Shown: positions 1 to 13,617, counted from the first letter of the stretch. The stretch is 64,000 nt of DNA from Amoebophrya sp. A120 (GCA_905178155.1 CAJINV010000001.1:16058142-16122141), one strand, 5' to 3'. A program made the numbers and translations. Notes: generated by a model not told the origin, from the letters alone.

Positions 1-3000
1 CAGGCGTCGCAGGACGGTTTTGTTCCGCCCCCGTAGATGTTGACACGACGGCAGAAGACGACGCAACCCGCTCATCAACCGCCGGAGCATCTTGCATCTC
101 GACATCTTCTTGCTCCACGACATCCGCCTGTGCAGCTACTTCCGGCGCTTGTTCCTTCTCCTTCTCTGCCTCAGCCCGCCTGTCCTGTTCCGCCTTGCGC
201 TCGGCCGCGCGGCGCTGCGCAGCAATGGCCAAAGCTTCCTCCTCCGTGATGATCCGTGAGGAGGAGCCGGAGCTGCCCCGGGATCCAACGAAAGAATTTT
301 TACCGGGAGAATTTCGCTTCGGAGCCAAGTCCACTTGGGATACCCGGGGACGCGCTTCCTGTTCCTGCCTCTCCTTCCGCAAGCGTTCTTCTTTTATCCG
401 TCGCTCTTCCGCCATCTCGGCCTGCACTTGCGCTTCGATTTTTTTCAAAACGCTCCCCTCAGCGCTGTGCTCCGTCTCGTCGAGCACGATCGGCGCGGTG
501 CTTGTTGTTGTCGATTTTTGCTGTACTACAACATTCGGATGACTTGTTACATCCGGTTCTTGATGCGCCTCCTCCTTTTCCGGACTCAGCTCCTGAGTCA
601 GGGCAACGGGCTGCTGCTGCTCTCCCTCCAGAATCTGTGTTCGTGCTGGACTCGCAGGACTCCTAGGTGGTTGTTGATTGGAAGCGCTCATCTCTTCGGG
701 TTGTGCGTCCTGAGACAACAACACCGGGGTGGAACCACCCTCTGCCACTGGGGAAGATGAAACTCCTTCTGCAAAGACGGGCGTCGCACCACTGGGAACT
801 CGTTCTGCAAGACTGGGCGTGGAAGCCTGGCGCTGCTGCTCGATATCCGGAGAGCCGCCGCTTCTTGCGCTCTTCTTTTCGCTTTGGCTGTCTCTCTTGT
901 GTTGAATTTCCGCGAAGATGCCAACATCTCCATTCTTCTGTCCAGCGCCCGGAGTGACTGGAGACAATCGGCTAGCGCTCGAGTTTTCTTCCGGGATTGG
1001 GGAAAGAGCTCCATTTTCTTCACTTCGCGCAAAATTCACAGATGACGACATCTGCTCTTCCACGGCACCAGCAGTCGTCGGTACAACGTTCTTCGCGACG
1101 TCTGCGGACCGTTCCGCGCCCGCTTGCTCGAGCGGCGGCTGCTCGGGTGCAAAGTAAACACCGTCCTGCTGCTTCGCTTCGTCTGCCGCACAGACCGCAA
1201 CTGGGGACTTCACTTTCTTGTCGCTAGAACTACTTGCTGACTTTGCCGAACAGGGCGATGCCGCATCGCCTTGTTTGCTACTGTCCGCAGCAGAACCGAG
1301 AGAAATATCACCCTCTTCGCCACTTTCCTCCGCGGCCTCAGCGTCGATTTGATCTCGCTCCGCGGGCTCGATGTTTGCCTGTTCTGAAGGTTGCTGCACG
1401 TCGTGCTCGGCTAACTGATTCTCCTCCTCCTCCGCATCATCGTCCACTTCCATCGCGACCGCGCCCCCTTCTACTTCGTCTCGCACCGCGGTGCGGACTT
1501 CTCTTTGGTCCTGACCCTCCCGCATGGATGCGCCGCTCGCTCTTCTATCATGATCGGTGCCGGTACCTACGTCCTTCACATTTAGAACAACCTCGCGTCT
1601 GGTTTGTTCCACAACCGCTTCATATTCCTCGTAAGTGCTACCTTCCGTCTCAACCACGGCGTCCTTTTGCTCGACCGCTTCGGTGCCAACGCACGTCTCC
1701 TTCCGCTCCACGTTTCCGTAGCCTACGCCGATATTGCGGGTTTCGCGCTGTAAGGTTTCGATACATTTGTCCTTCTTCTCCACACAGAACACTTCGGCCT
1801 GCACACTGACGTCGGCGGAGCTGGAGGATCCCACCTGCACAGCAACGTTGCTGGACGAGCTCGATTGTTTCACATTCGTTTGGGTGCTTGAGTTCGCGAC
1901 AGCCCTTGCAGTGGGGTTCTTCTTGGTGTTGATCTGAGCCGCTTCTTTTTCCTGTTCCTCTATGGAGGATTCCTCGGCAGCCTCCTCAGTCTCCTCTTCA
2001 TCAGACGAACGCTCATTAGCCTCACGCAGTCCCTCCAGCAGCGCCGGGAGATACGAGGCTTCCGCAGTCTGTGTTGCGTTTCAGAAACAAATTGTCACAG
2101 GGAGTAGACCAAGAAAAGCTGGACTTTGAGCTATGCACATAAATTTGCAGAAAGTGAAAGCTTACAACTTAGATTGTAAACTTAATATACAAAGTTGAGT
2201 ATAGTACCTGCTCCAACTCATGCACCGCCTTGGATCCTCGCGCGAAGCTCCTCGCGAGTTTTGCCCGCAGCGATACCGCCTTGCGCCGTACCAGTACCGA
2301 CGAGTGCTGACAAGCGCAAAAGTCCAACACCCCAAGAAGACACTGCAGCAAGTGGCTCGCGTGGCGCAGACCGGTCTCAAAAAACTCGAAAGCAGTCAAA
2401 GTGACGGATTCGTCCAAGTCGGGGTTTGCAAACACGATCTGCAACAGCTGCACGTGCACTTTCGCCAAAATGGCCTTGTCCAGCATGGGAAACACCCAGG
2501 ATTCTTGCAGAGTATTAAAGAAGCGTAGGACTGCGACCACTGCAAATTCTGGAACGAGGCCTGTGTGTAGGATTTTTTTTATCAAATTCAAACTGAGCGC
2601 ACGAGGTTCCCCTACAACTTGCCATGCAAACAGGCGACCACACGTAGGAACAGGGCCTTTGTGTTAATGCATAGAGAAGTAAAAGCACTACGTACCTTCC
2701 ATCATCCCCTCCACTTGTCGATGTACGAGGGCGGCACACCTCTTCAAAATCCGCTTATCAAGAAATAAACTCGGGTGCTCCTGCAGCAACAGCTCCAGCA
2801 GCTCCGGGATCGCCGCGGAAGGCAATTCCACATCCGCGTCCACAATCGGTTGCAGAACCTGCTGCGCAACGAAGTCCTGTCCCTGCTTGCCCAAGCGGGT
2901 GACCAGCACGCGGATCAAATTGGTCACCAGAGTCTCGGTTTCACGTTCCGCCGAAATTTTCTGTGAAGATGTCTCGACAACATTTTTATCCGGCGCACAA

Positions 3001-4178
3001 GAACTCTCCAACACCTTCGGCAAAGCCAGTTGCACCAGCAGCAAAGCGGGATCGATTACCAGCTGTGTCGCCGTGCAACAGGAGAATAAATCAGTGAGTA
3101 GTTGCAGCGAGGATTGCAAAGCGCTTGGGTTGAAGGAGTGCTGCTTCATTTTTGCTCCGTCGTGGACGTTATTTCCATCATTTGACGACGAGAGAGCGCG
3201 AGATGCATCTTCTTCCTCGGGAGAACGATCTACAGTCGCCTGCCACGCGAGCGTCTCGACGAGGGCTTTTTTCACAGCGAACTGAAGCAAGTTATTCGTT
3301 ACCACCACGTCCGGGAACCGGAGTATCGCACAGAGCGCCGCCCGACAAGTTGCCTGCACGCGGGCGTCAGAAAAAGTGCTGTAACTCAACTCGACCAATA
3401 CTCGCTGCAGATGGTCGACGCCACTCTGCTGGTGGTGTTGGTGCTCCTTCGTAAGAAACAGTCCGCACTTCTCCGAGGAGAACAGCAACAATCCCGCGGT
3501 GGCGATTTGGTACTGCAAAACGGGCTGCACGTGGGGGATCAGCGAGAGGAACAGCTGTAAATCGACACCACTTTCGCAGTTGGCTAACACTTCTCGCTGC
3601 TTGTCTTGCGACAGTTGTTCCAGTACTGCACTCCGCTTTTGCTTTTTCACCTGCGGCACAGCGTCTTCCCCGAGCAGTTTTGTCAGTAACGCAGTGTCCG
3701 CATCTTTTTCCCCAGTAAACTCCGTGACGACAACCCTTTGCACCGCCGTCAGGGACTTGTTGACGCAGCGGCTGATGGCGCGGCGGTCTGTGTGCGTGGT
3801 GTTGTGCTGGGAAAACAGCAAGCGGAACGCGAGCCCAATGGCCGCGGCGGTGAGAACCTGGCTGCGGTGTACGTGGCTGAGGCAAAAGAGACACGCGTCG
3901 AAGGCGAGGCCGACATCCTCCGAGGCGAGAGCACCTTGGTCGACCAATTCGGATAACCGCAGTACGGTCGGGAGCGTATCACGCTCACCGGGATTGTCCT
4001 GCTTCAGGGCGGCGAGCATATTGCTTGGCAATTTCTGCTGCGGTTTGCTCGAAGTAGTTCTCATTGATGTCGCATTATCGCCCGCGGCGGCCCCTACTTG
4101 TGGTCCAGCTGCGACCTTTGCCGCATTCGCTTTGTTGGCCGCCTTTTCGAGCTGCCGCTGCTTTTTCGACTTCACCAT
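1..4178 (-). CDS. Hypothetical protein: Leu-rich helical (HEAT/ARM-like?) N-terminal half and long acidic/low-complexity C-terminal part; runs off the window edge
   Basis: Exons 4178-2696, 2611-2208 and 2068-<1 join in frame through canonical GT-AG introns (…MEG|EPRALSLNLIKK…, …ELEQ|TAEASYLPALL…). No family motif recognised. Confidence 0.7.
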
Positions 4179-4789
4179 TGTGTTCGTAAAGAATTCTTAG
4201 GCAACAAGAAACGTGCTAAAAAAACTGTTCTCCGAGGGAGAAATTCTGTGTCGCTTTTCTTCGATTTTTGGATTCCTACAAACAACTTTCACCAGGCCGA
4301 CTAATAGTATGCTTCTACTTGAGTCTTCTCTCTTCCTGTCGCTGTATTGAAAAACAAATGGTTGATCGAAATACGCACACCAAGACCAGAATAGGAAAGG
4401 ATCCCTTTCGTATGAATGAGATCTGTCGATCGTGGCACTTCTGCTTCTATCTAAAGAACAACACGGATCGATTTTGAACGCAATTTTCTATATGTGATCT
4501 TGTGTGATCCTTAAACAAAAAAAAATTTTGCATCGAGATCTCAAACTTCGGCTCTACGTGCTACCTCTTGGAATTTAAGGTAACCGGTTTCTATTCGAAA
4601 GCATGCTTCAAAACTAAAAGCACTCGACCTGATTTACTTCTTTTGCAAAATAAACACCTGATCACGATCACGAATGAAAGCTTTTCATCAAAAGTGATTT
4701 CTTTTAACATACATCTACCATTCCTTGCAGAACTGGTAGTAAGTTCTACTAGTTTATTCAGTCCTTCATGGAGCAAAAAAATGCAGATC

Positions 4790-5263
4790 TTACTTCGGTC
4801 TGTACTCATCGGGAAACAATTGCGCAAGCTCCGTCGCTTCCTGAGCCATCTCCTCCTGCGTCCGTACTCGCCTGTTGTCCTCCGAAAAAGTGTCGTCCAT
4901 CACTTTTGCCCTTTCTATCTCTTCATGCACCTGGTCCGGCTTTTCGAAATCGGCGGCTTCTCTGGGTAGAATGTGCACGTGAACGTGCGGAACCGACTGC
5001 CCGGCGGCCGGCCCGTCCTGCTGCGCGATGTTCAAGCCGCTGGCCTGGAAGTGCGGCTCGAGCACTGAGCTGATTTTGTGCACCGACTGGTAAAGATCAG
5101 TGACCTCGTCGGTACTCAGTTCTTTGAACCGGGCGGCTATTCTTTTGGGGATCACGAGCACGTGGCCGGGGACAATGGGCTTCAGATTCACAAGTCCGTA
5201 GGACAAACTGGACTCGAAAAAAATGCTCGACTTCCGCACGGCATGGGGGCCAAAATGAATCAT
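4790..5263 (-). CDS. FHIT: HIT-family hydrolase, Fhit-type bis(5'-adenosyl)-triphosphatase
   Basis: Motifs VNLKPIVPGHVLVIPKR, QDGPAAGQSVPHVHVHILPR (histidine triad HxHxH) and the Fhit-type tail RTQEEMAQEA. ATG at 5263 chosen as start; an upstream exon is possible. Confidence 0.9.
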   Translation of the reverse strand: MIHFGPHAVRKSSIFFESSLSYGLVNLKPIVPGHVLVIPKRIAARFKELSTDEVTDLYQSVHKISSVLEPHFQASGLNIAQQDGPAAGQSVPHVHVHILPREAADFEKPDQVHEEIERAKVMDDTFSEDNRRVRTQEEMAQEATELAQLFPDEYRPK

Positions 5264-5694
5264 GATTTGTTCTTGTGCTTGTGCGGCAGGGACGCTGTAG
5301 CAGCTAGAGAATTTTTGATAAAACACAAAAAAAGTCCAAATTTCGTACAGAAAATACCTTCGAAGCAAAACGAACCGTCTGAACTGCAATGAAAAGCACC
5401 AAAACAGCAATCCCCGTAGTATCATTTTGCCAACGTCAAAGTTGAACGTATGGATGTACTGGAAAGCGAAGGAAGCTCTCTGCTTGTCGTGCGTCTTCTT
5501 CGGACAAAGAGCGATTGATCTTCTGTCCTTCCATAATAAACATTGAATTAGGACTCGTTTTAGCATTCTAGATTTCTGTCTCTCTTTCGTTTCAACAGCT
5601 TTTTGTACATCGTTTCCGTGCCGAACGTGATATTGTCAGTGGGTGCAATATTTCTGAAATTCTCAAATCTCTACCGATCGACGAAAATCGTTTT

Positions 5695-6423
5695 TCATTC
5701 CGGTGGAAGTACTCCATGATCCTTTTGTGAAAAGCCCGCCAAATTCGAAGGCGCTGCACCATCGCCACTCTCCTGTTCTGACTGCAGTGCCGCGTCCCTT
5801 TCCGGTGGTTGAAACAGTGATCGGCTGGTTCCCGCGAACGCACCTGCTACAGATGAACTTTTAGCAAAGAAGTTCGAAGGGAGCGAGCCCCCAGCGCTTG
5901 TTTGTGGAACACTTTTCGCGACCGCACTGCTGCTGCTGCTCGAGGAGGACGAAGCTGATTGACCAGCAAAGGCAGCAGTTCCAAGACCAACCGCGTTTCC
6001 GGCACTAAACAAGCGGCTGCTACTGCTGCTGCTGCTGCTCGACTGCTGCTTAGACAGCAAATTTGACCTTGAAGATTGCGCGCCGGACTGCACCTTTTGT
6101 CCCAGTTCCGTACCGAGGCTCGACTTCATGTCGTCGACTGGTGCCTCTACGTCACCGCCCCCGATGCCGCTTCTGTTCCCAGCAAGATTATTTTCACCCG
6201 TTTCAACCTGACTTGCCTCCTCCGCGCCGTCCGCGAATTTCTTGGGCCCGTCCTGTCCTTCTGCCTCTTTCAGTTTTTGCAACTTGCGTTGCTTCTGATA
6301 CGCTCGCTGCTTTTCATTCTTCTGTTTTCGTTTCTCGTCCTCTTGCTGTCGCTGAACCTCTTCTCGCTGTAAGCGCTGCGTACGCTGGAACATCCTCCGC
6401 CGCAGCAAAGCGATGGAGACCAT
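5695..6423 (-). CDS. Hypothetical protein (charged coiled-coil N-terminus, Ser-rich C-terminus)
   Basis: Open frame from ATG 6423 (MVSIALLRRR…) on the same strand as its neighbours; no recognised domain. Confidence 0.5.
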   Translation of the reverse strand: MVSIALLRRRMFQRTQRLQREEVQRQQEDEKRKQKNEKQRAYQKQRKLQKLKEAEGQDGPKKFADGAEEASQVETGENNLAGNRSGIGGGDVEAPVDDMKSSLGTELGQKVQSGAQSSRSNLLSKQQSSSSSSSSSRLFSAGNAVGLGTAAFAGQSASSSSSSSSSAVAKSVPQTSAGGSLPSNFFAKSSSVAGAFAGTSRSLFQPPERDAALQSEQESGDGAAPSNLAGFSQKDHGVLPPE

Positions 6424-7092
6424 TTTTTTCGTCGTTTCCCTCTTCTTTTTCCTCGCGGCCGCGGCTATGCTCGGCTGCAGAAACGCCGGCAAACCCGGTA
6501 TCTTCTTCTCCTTCGGCTGCGGCAAGCAGCACACGCGTACCATTTTGCCGTGTCAGTGAGGTTGTGGCTTAGAAGGCTCTGAGAGAATGGGTAAGAAAAG
6601 GGCCCGAGCTCTAACACATACGGTGAGAGACCTGGGGTAGTGACAGGGATGCTGCATCTACTTTCTCTTCATCCAAAACCTGTATGAACTACGAAGTAGG
6701 GAAGCACAAAGGATGCACTTACAGCACTCCAATTTTTAACAGTAACTACAAACCCCACTCGGTAACATCGTCTGGGTCTGTCGCTGAAACTGCGACCTCT
6801 CTGCGCAACCATTACGTCTGCCTTTCTGCCAATTCTATTGTGCATAGATATGGTCGAACACTTGAAGTTTCAGTTTCTTGTGAAAAATCGTGAAAATCTC
6901 ATTCTGCCTTCAGCCACGATAGAAGGAGACTTCCGAGGGTCTTTACCCGTTCATCGAGGGGTGTTCGCATAATGCTGTGATGGAGAGTTCCTACGAATGA
7001 GATACTTGTGCTTTCTGTTATGTCTGTGATGATATAATTGTTCTGCCAGTGGGCTACTTTTTACACGTCATCTGCGTCACGGTGTGGCTTAT

Positions 7093-8667
7093 TTACTCTT
7101 CCATCAGTTTGTGATACCAATTCACAGCGTTCAAAAATTTCTCGGTGGCCTTTTCCATTTCCACTTTGGCGTCTGCCATCCGGCGCCGCGCATCCTGTCG
7201 GATCATACCCAGCGTGGGTTTCTCTTTCTGCTTCCTGACGCTTGGCGTGTTGGTTCTTTCAACAGAATGGTTATTTTCACTTGTCGTAGAAGTACTCTTC
7301 AAATTGTTCGCCGGCGCCTGCTTATCTCCCTGTTCTTGATGCAAAAATGCACTTTCCGGTGGTCCTCTCTGAGGTCCGATAAAAGTTCCGGATGAAGTAT
7401 CTTGTTCGACGTGTAGCACGGGCAGAACCGTCGGATCTAGCAGCGCATCTTCTTGTCCACATCTTCCAATCGGAGCGGAAGATGCCGTCGTTATTTCAGG
7501 CGCACTGTCGTTCTCTACCAACGATTCCGCACAAAATTCTTGCACAGGCTCCTCCTCGTTGTGGTGCATGCTCAGCGACCGATTCAGGTGTAAAAATTCT
7601 TCTTCCGTCGGGGCCTCTACCCACTCCCGTGGCGGGTTGGTCACCGAACCGCCGTACTCGAGTAAGAAATCCCACAGCGGAAACGCCATCGGCGGGTCCG
7701 TGGCCAAGTCAACCCGGTGCTCCTGCTCGTCGGAGCGCACATCCGGTACGTGAATGATAGGGACGGAGTAATCTTCATCGCAATCTTGCTTTTTCTTGTA
7801 TGTTGAATTCTGCTTCGCGTTCTTGTTCTTGTTCTTGGAGTTGTTGGCCTTCTTGTTCGAGGGGTTTTTGGTACGTTTCCCGGATGAAGCGACGGAGTCA
7901 CTACCATTTTGCAGCCTTTGTGCTGCACCTGCGCTAGAACTTTCTGTGGTACCACTGGCCCCGGAAACAGGGACGGCTTCGAACACCAGATCGTCCACAT
8001 CCACTCGCTTCGCTCCGAGCCACTGCTTTGGCGGATCTTCCATACTACCGCCGTACTCGACAACAAAGTCCTTGAGACAATAAGCGTAGCCGTCCGTCGG
8101 GTCCTCTCGATATTCGACGTCTTCTGCACGAACGTGCTTGTCGTTCTGCTCCGCCTCCAAGCTCACTTTCTTGGCAAACTCGTCAGCAAGACCGGTTGCA
8201 TGGTCGGTTTCTTGGCTGTCGCTGTTCGAATCAGAAGCTCCTTGTGCTGGTGGTGCAACAGGAGCTCTTCCTTTGTCGTCGCTAGAAGTAGTGCAAGTCG
8301 CTGGTGTCGCGGTCGTTTCCTTCTTGTTCAAGTATCCAGTCCACAAATCAACAATCATGTTCGCGATTTTCATGTTGCTTTCCTCCAACGCTGTCGCCTT
8401 CGCTCGCTTAATTTTTTCTACTTCCGCATTGTTCATCCCGCGAGATGAAACGTTCTTCTTTCTCCCAGCCTGCTGTGGGCACCGAGGTCGCTGCGAGGAA
8501 GAATTATTTGCCGCTTGCTGCATCTCAGTCGCTTCCACAGCACTATCCGGTACTGCACGGAGTATTGCACCCGGTGGCAGGTCCTCGAAAGTGACCAGCT
8601 CCGCGTCCTTGAAACGAGGATCCAGGATGAAATCCTCATACGCGATGGTCTCGTCGACTTCGAGCAT
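7093..8667 (-). CDS. Hypothetical 524-aa protein with two copies of a short R-x-D…F-x-x-EYGG…PP-x-x-W motif
   Basis: Single long ORF containing internal repeats REDPTDGYAYCLKDFVVEYGGSMEDPPKQW and RVDLATDPPMAFPLWDFLLEYGGSVTNPPREW. Confidence 0.75.
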   Translation of the reverse strand: MLEVDETIAYEDFILDPRFKDAELVTFEDLPPGAILRAVPDSAVEATEMQQAANNSSSQRPRCPQQAGRKKNVSSRGMNNAEVEKIKRAKATALEESNMKIANMIVDLWTGYLNKKETTATPATCTTSSDDKGRAPVAPPAQGASDSNSDSQETDHATGLADEFAKKVSLEAEQNDKHVRAEDVEYREDPTDGYAYCLKDFVVEYGGSMEDPPKQWLGAKRVDVDDLVFEAVPVSGASGTTESSSAGAAQRLQNGSDSVASSGKRTKNPSNKKANNSKNKNKNAKQNSTYKKKQDCDEDYSVPIIHVPDVRSDEQEHRVDLATDPPMAFPLWDFLLEYGGSVTNPPREWVEAPTEEEFLHLNRSLSMHHNEEEPVQEFCAESLVENDSAPEITTASSAPIGRCGQEDALLDPTVLPVLHVEQDTSSGTFIGPQRGPPESAFLHQEQGDKQAPANNLKSTSTTSENNHSVERTNTPSVRKQKEKPTLGMIRQDARRRMADAKVEMEKATEKFLNAVNWYHKLMEE

Positions 8668-9931
8668 TTTTGTCTTCTTTTTTGCTGTAAGGAGATGAAA
8701 GCGAAGTGGCGAATCCAGCTAACAAAGACAAAATAATGAGAATGGCACCACACTGGTTTTACGTGACTGTCGGAAAAGAGATTTATTTCTACATTTCTTC
8801 ACTACTTCTCACACCAGTCTGCTCTAAATTTTTACAGCACAGCGCATGATTGAAGTATGCAACCTTTTCGAGCCTCGACGAGAATACGGAGACAAACGTA
8901 GGAAGTGGTGATCTTCGGTTTCTTTGACTTGAATTTGCGGAACCAAAGTTTCAGAGCAGCATTTCTGAACGAATCAATTTCGATTTTCTTTCCGATCTTG
9001 ATCCTGCAAACCCGTGCTGGACTGCTTAGTGACGGCGCGTGCTGGTTTCTCGTTTGCAACTATTGTCGCCTTCTCCAGTATCTCCGATTCGATCGACGCG
9101 ACAACAGCCCCCTGGAGTCATTATTTTCTGAGGATTCCAGTAGCCAGAATGCGAGCCTACTTACTACGAAGTAAACAGAAAGGACTAGGTCAGTAGTAAT
9201 TGCGACAATTAAATCGTCGTGGTGACATCCACACACTATAAACAAACACCTCGAATAAAAATCTTTCCGCGCTCAGAAGCCTCGGTAACAAGGAAAAGCG
9301 GGCCTCGGCAAAAGTCTTCATCGAAATGAAATCCATAGCCACAAGCCTACAAAGAGTTGTCCTCATCGCGGTAAGAACCAGAAGGATCTGATGTCCGTAG
9401 CACATTTTGGCCCTGTGAGGAAAAGTGGGTTGAAAGATGGATGACGTGAAAAATAAACCCGCGGGAAAGTGAAAAATGCCATGCGGGAAGTGCGACCATT
9501 TCAGACCTGGACGTTGATCTGCTGCAGAAATTTCCGCGCAACCAATTGTGATCGACGTCGTTCTTCTGATTCGTGAAGGCTCCGAGTGCCTGCAGTTGGA
9601 TCTGCGAGTGGTTGCCACCCTTTGTGAACTGTAGTTTGCCTGATCGTCCTGTCGGAACTTGAAAACGCTCAGCTGGTTTTGTCCACTGTATCAGAGATCT
9701 TGGTGGTTTGAAGTTTGTTCTCACGCAAGCCTTGCAGCAAGTCGAAAGTAGCAAGTATTCAAGGTGCTCATCACTAGTGGACAAAACGCTCCTGCAAGCT
9801 GGCAACAGAAATTGTAGAGCGTTGTTGGATCGATTTCTGTGCGTGCTTTCACGTTCGGGTCAAATTTGATTTTGTGTTGTCTGGGACTTGCAGTAAGTAG
9901 TTTCCTCATCTTTCTCGTCTTGGTTCTCAGG

Positions 9932-10815
9932 TCATCTTTCAGTTTCAAGATCATTCAAATATTCTGCAAGAGCTTTCAATTACTTTTCCATCCTACAAAT
10001 GCACCTTTTTCCCCGCCGCCCGACGAGGCTGCGGCTGCCACCGGGCGGGCACTCACTGGCGCCGGCCGCGCACTCACGTTCCCCAAAGCACGGAGCTCGT
10101 TGCTGGGCTTCCACGACGAAGAATTGCGGTTTGGGAGTGGCTTGTTTCTTGTTGCCGCACCTCCAGTGGTATCGTTTCGCACGACCGGTCGACGATCCTG
10201 GTCGATGTGCTGCGTCATGTTGATTTGCTCCAAAAACTGCCCTGCGTCCGTGTCCCGGACCTGCGGCTGCCGTGTGTTGCTAGTCGCATGTAATTGCCCG
10301 CGGGCCTGACTCCTCGCTGGAGGAAGGGCCGCCATCGCGCCGCCCCCGCCTAGAGCAGTTGTAGTTCTGTTAAGTTTTGACCACAAGAGAGACAAGTAAA
10401 AACGACAAATCGATGGATTTTCGTGAACGAAAGAAAAACTCGATACCAATGTTCGTTCAGGAATGGCAGTACGTCCACGTCATCACATCAACAAGCTGCA
10501 GACAAATACGCGTATAATCCGCCTGTCATGCTCACCTCGAGAGTCTTCCACCGCATATCTTCCTGGTGTTTCATTTGTTCCGCGCCGCCCACCCAGTGCT
10601 GGTCTCGCATTTCTGCTTCTATCCTGCACAGCAGACGGCGCGTCATCGCTGTATCCCAGCGGGTAATGCCGCCCAGAAGCGCCTCCTCGCCCGAGAGCTT
10701 TTGGGAACTCCAAGTCCCGCCAGCCGGTTGCGAGATCGCGCGCATTTGCGAAATTCCGGTCGTAGAGCTCGCTCAACTTGCGGTCCTCAAATTCGTCGAA
10801 GGAGAGACCGTCCAT
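9932..10815 (-). CDS. Possible 3-exon hypothetical protein
   Basis: MDGLSFDEFEDRKLSELYDRNF… can be joined in phase via GT-AG introns (G|GTGAG…CTAG|, G|GTGCA…GCAG|) to …EYLNDLETER*. No homology recognised. Confidence 0.3.
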
Positions 10816-10949
10816 TTTCGCAGACAGTCGGAGTGTGTGCAACGTTTTCGGCAAGCGGCTAAAACTTACACGAAAGTTGCTGCATACTTTGTAAGACACA
10901 CACTCATCTCTCTCGGCAATCCGCCGCAGCCGTTACGCCAACAGTCACG

Positions 10950-12050
10950 CCGAAATTGATTTGCGGCCCTCACTCCAAGAGAACACACATCTCGAGATAG
11001 CCCCGCCGGAATCTTCTATTCCGCAGCACAATTTCCCTGGCAGACGCACCCGAAAGCATCGCCTGACAAGTGATCCGAATGACAGGGCCTATACCGCAGG
11101 AGCGCGGCCGCGGGCTCGGCGGCCGCAAATGAAAAGAAACAGGCGCGCGCGGTCGTGCGGCACCATCACCAGAGACCGCGACGCCGCCAACTAGCAATCG
11201 CCAGTTGGCGCGGGCCGCCCGAAAAATTACAGGAACGGCGCCCCCAATTGGCCACGCGCCGGGGCAGCCTAAACTCCCTCCCGGAGGCCGCGCGATGTCC
11301 CCCAACAGTTGCGTGCCCGCATCGCGACACGGCACCAGGCCGCCGCCGGCGATGCTTCACGCGCGCGCGCCGGCTCGTGCGCATGCTGCCAGTCCCGGCG
11401 CCGTGAAAATGGCAGCCGGCCCAACCGCTCCGCGGCGGCTGCCCGTTTTTTTGAATCAAGGAGGCCCCAAGGGTGCCCGGGCGCGGTGTCGTGGACTTGC
11501 ATTCTGCTTCCTGGCCGTTGTCGCGGGGGATTGTCCTGGCAGGGCGGGCCGAGGCGCGGGCGCAGTCGTTTAAGTTTTCCACGATGAGCCGGCTCCCCGG
11601 ACGGCGGACAGCAACCCGCTGGAGTTTGACGGCCGCGGCCGCCGGGGAAAAGGTCCGGCGCACGGCAGGGCGCGCAATGTGCGCGCGCTCATGGCTTGGC
11701 ACTTGGGGCTCGTGAGGAAGCTTCGCGGGTGCCGGCGCTCCTCCCCGCCGCGTGTCCTTTATATATCACCATCGGCGTCGCGAGGTTCTTCTCGTTCGTT
11801 TCCCTTCAGTCACGTCACACGCCTCGCCTTTTCGGGGCCACTGAGCTTCGCCGCGGCGGCAGGCTTCCGCAAAGGTACGGGCACGAAATTGATGCGCCTG
11901 CTGTGCAGCCGCGCCGTGCCACATGGACGTCCGTGCGGAAATGTTGCAGGCGACCGCGCGCGCCGACGAGGCCGCATCTTTGTAGCAACGCCGAAGCTTT
12001 ATCGTCATACGCGCGCGCATATACTTTTCTACGAAACGCATCAGACTGCG
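10950..12050. other. GC-rich, apparently decayed (pseudogene/TE-relic) segment
   Basis: Abrupt shift to very high GC/CpG with no coherent ORF; boundaries approximate. Confidence 0.35.
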
Positions 12051-13617
12051 GAAGCAATATCTTCTGGAGAAAACGCAATACGCCATCTCACTGCGTCAAA
12101 CAGACGCTTCTCGCTCCAAAAGTAAAATCCCACGTCTCACCAAGAAAACATCACAATTTATTATGCGGCTCGTCTCGGTTCACCCTTTACCTTCCCCTCG
12201 TAACGCAAACGGAACAACGTGTTGATTTTTCCGGGACTGTAATATGGAATGCTAGGCAGCGCCGCGCTTGACGCACATCCCCGTTTTCACATTTCATTCA
12301 TCGCTTTCTCGTGTTTTCTTTGAACTCACAGCTTCTGGCATATCACTACCGGGACATCTGTTTTTCAGCATCCGACAGCCACCAAACAATCGCACTCAAC
12401 ATCGAAACAGAAGTTATCAAAATCAGACGCCAGGAAAATTTCCTTGCCTTTATGCGTCGTCACAACAAATGAGTACGGCCTTCCCCAAAGCGAGGCCCAA
12501 CTTCACCTCCTTGTTCCAACGTCGAAAATGCTTACTCCCTTCACAAAAGTAACGCAGTTTTGCACGTGCGCGTGGGTTCTTGGATTTGGGTATCCGTAGG
12601 CTGCATTCTTGCACAACACCGCACCGCTTTCGGCATTAACAATGTCGTACCAAATCTGCTCCCCCCGGGCTCAGCGCCATCGCTTTCCGGATGGCTTAAA
12701 GTTCTTCCGCACGCAATCAGCAACCGGGAAGTATCTCCTCCCAGATGCGAATCGAGTACGCTTAGAGTCCGCTAAAACGCAGTTGCTTGCGGTGACGCGG
12801 TAGTGCGCGTTGTCTGCGGCCGGTCCGGCCTCAGCATCGTCCTGCGGCAGGGGACAGGAGTCGCTGAGCATTGGGTCCACCTCGTGTGTGTCCTTGCGGG
12901 AGATCCACTCTTTGATAGTGGCATTTTGCTCGGCTGCGCCGCTGACGTGGTTTCCGCTCGACAGAGGTCTCATGATAATTTCCAAGCGGATCGAATTCGT
13001 TTCTTTTTCATCTATCATGAAAATCTTAATCTTCTGTGATTCGCCGACGCATATATAAACGAGAATGACTGAAAAATGAACAAGTAGAAGGTCTTAAGTC
13101 AATGCGACATCAAGATAGCTTGGAGTTTTCGGGTTGATACTTCTGTAAACTAGGAAAAACACTGGGGACAGGTGACATCGAGGGGGAATGGGAGTCTGGC
13201 TCTGCGTCATGCATTCACCTCGGTGAGACACTGCGAATAGCTTTCGACAAGATCTTCATGTCGACCGAATCAAACTTGCTGGTGTAGCGCGAACTTGACA
13301 CACGTTCAAAAGTACATAAAAAAGTCGGACCGAACTGCTGCACCGATGGCTTTTTGGCGATACCACCTTTTCATCAAGACCCAACGGAACCAGAACTACG
13401 CCATTGTGTCCCCATGATTGCCAATGCAGGCCATTCCGGTCGTAATATGGCCTTCAACCCAAAACGACCAGGACGCGTTTTTGTTTTTCTTCGCATGCAA
13501 TCTACTGCAACGCACAGACAGTATACTCAAATCAAAGGAATCATCAAAGAGTCGCACGATGCAACACGTGTTCATCGAAAACAACTGTCACGGCAGCTTC
13601 CTGCTCTTCCTCTATCC

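Noticed and set aside
12671-13018. 115-aa minus-strand ORF as a gene
   Set aside because: No motif and no confident exon chain; cannot be supported.
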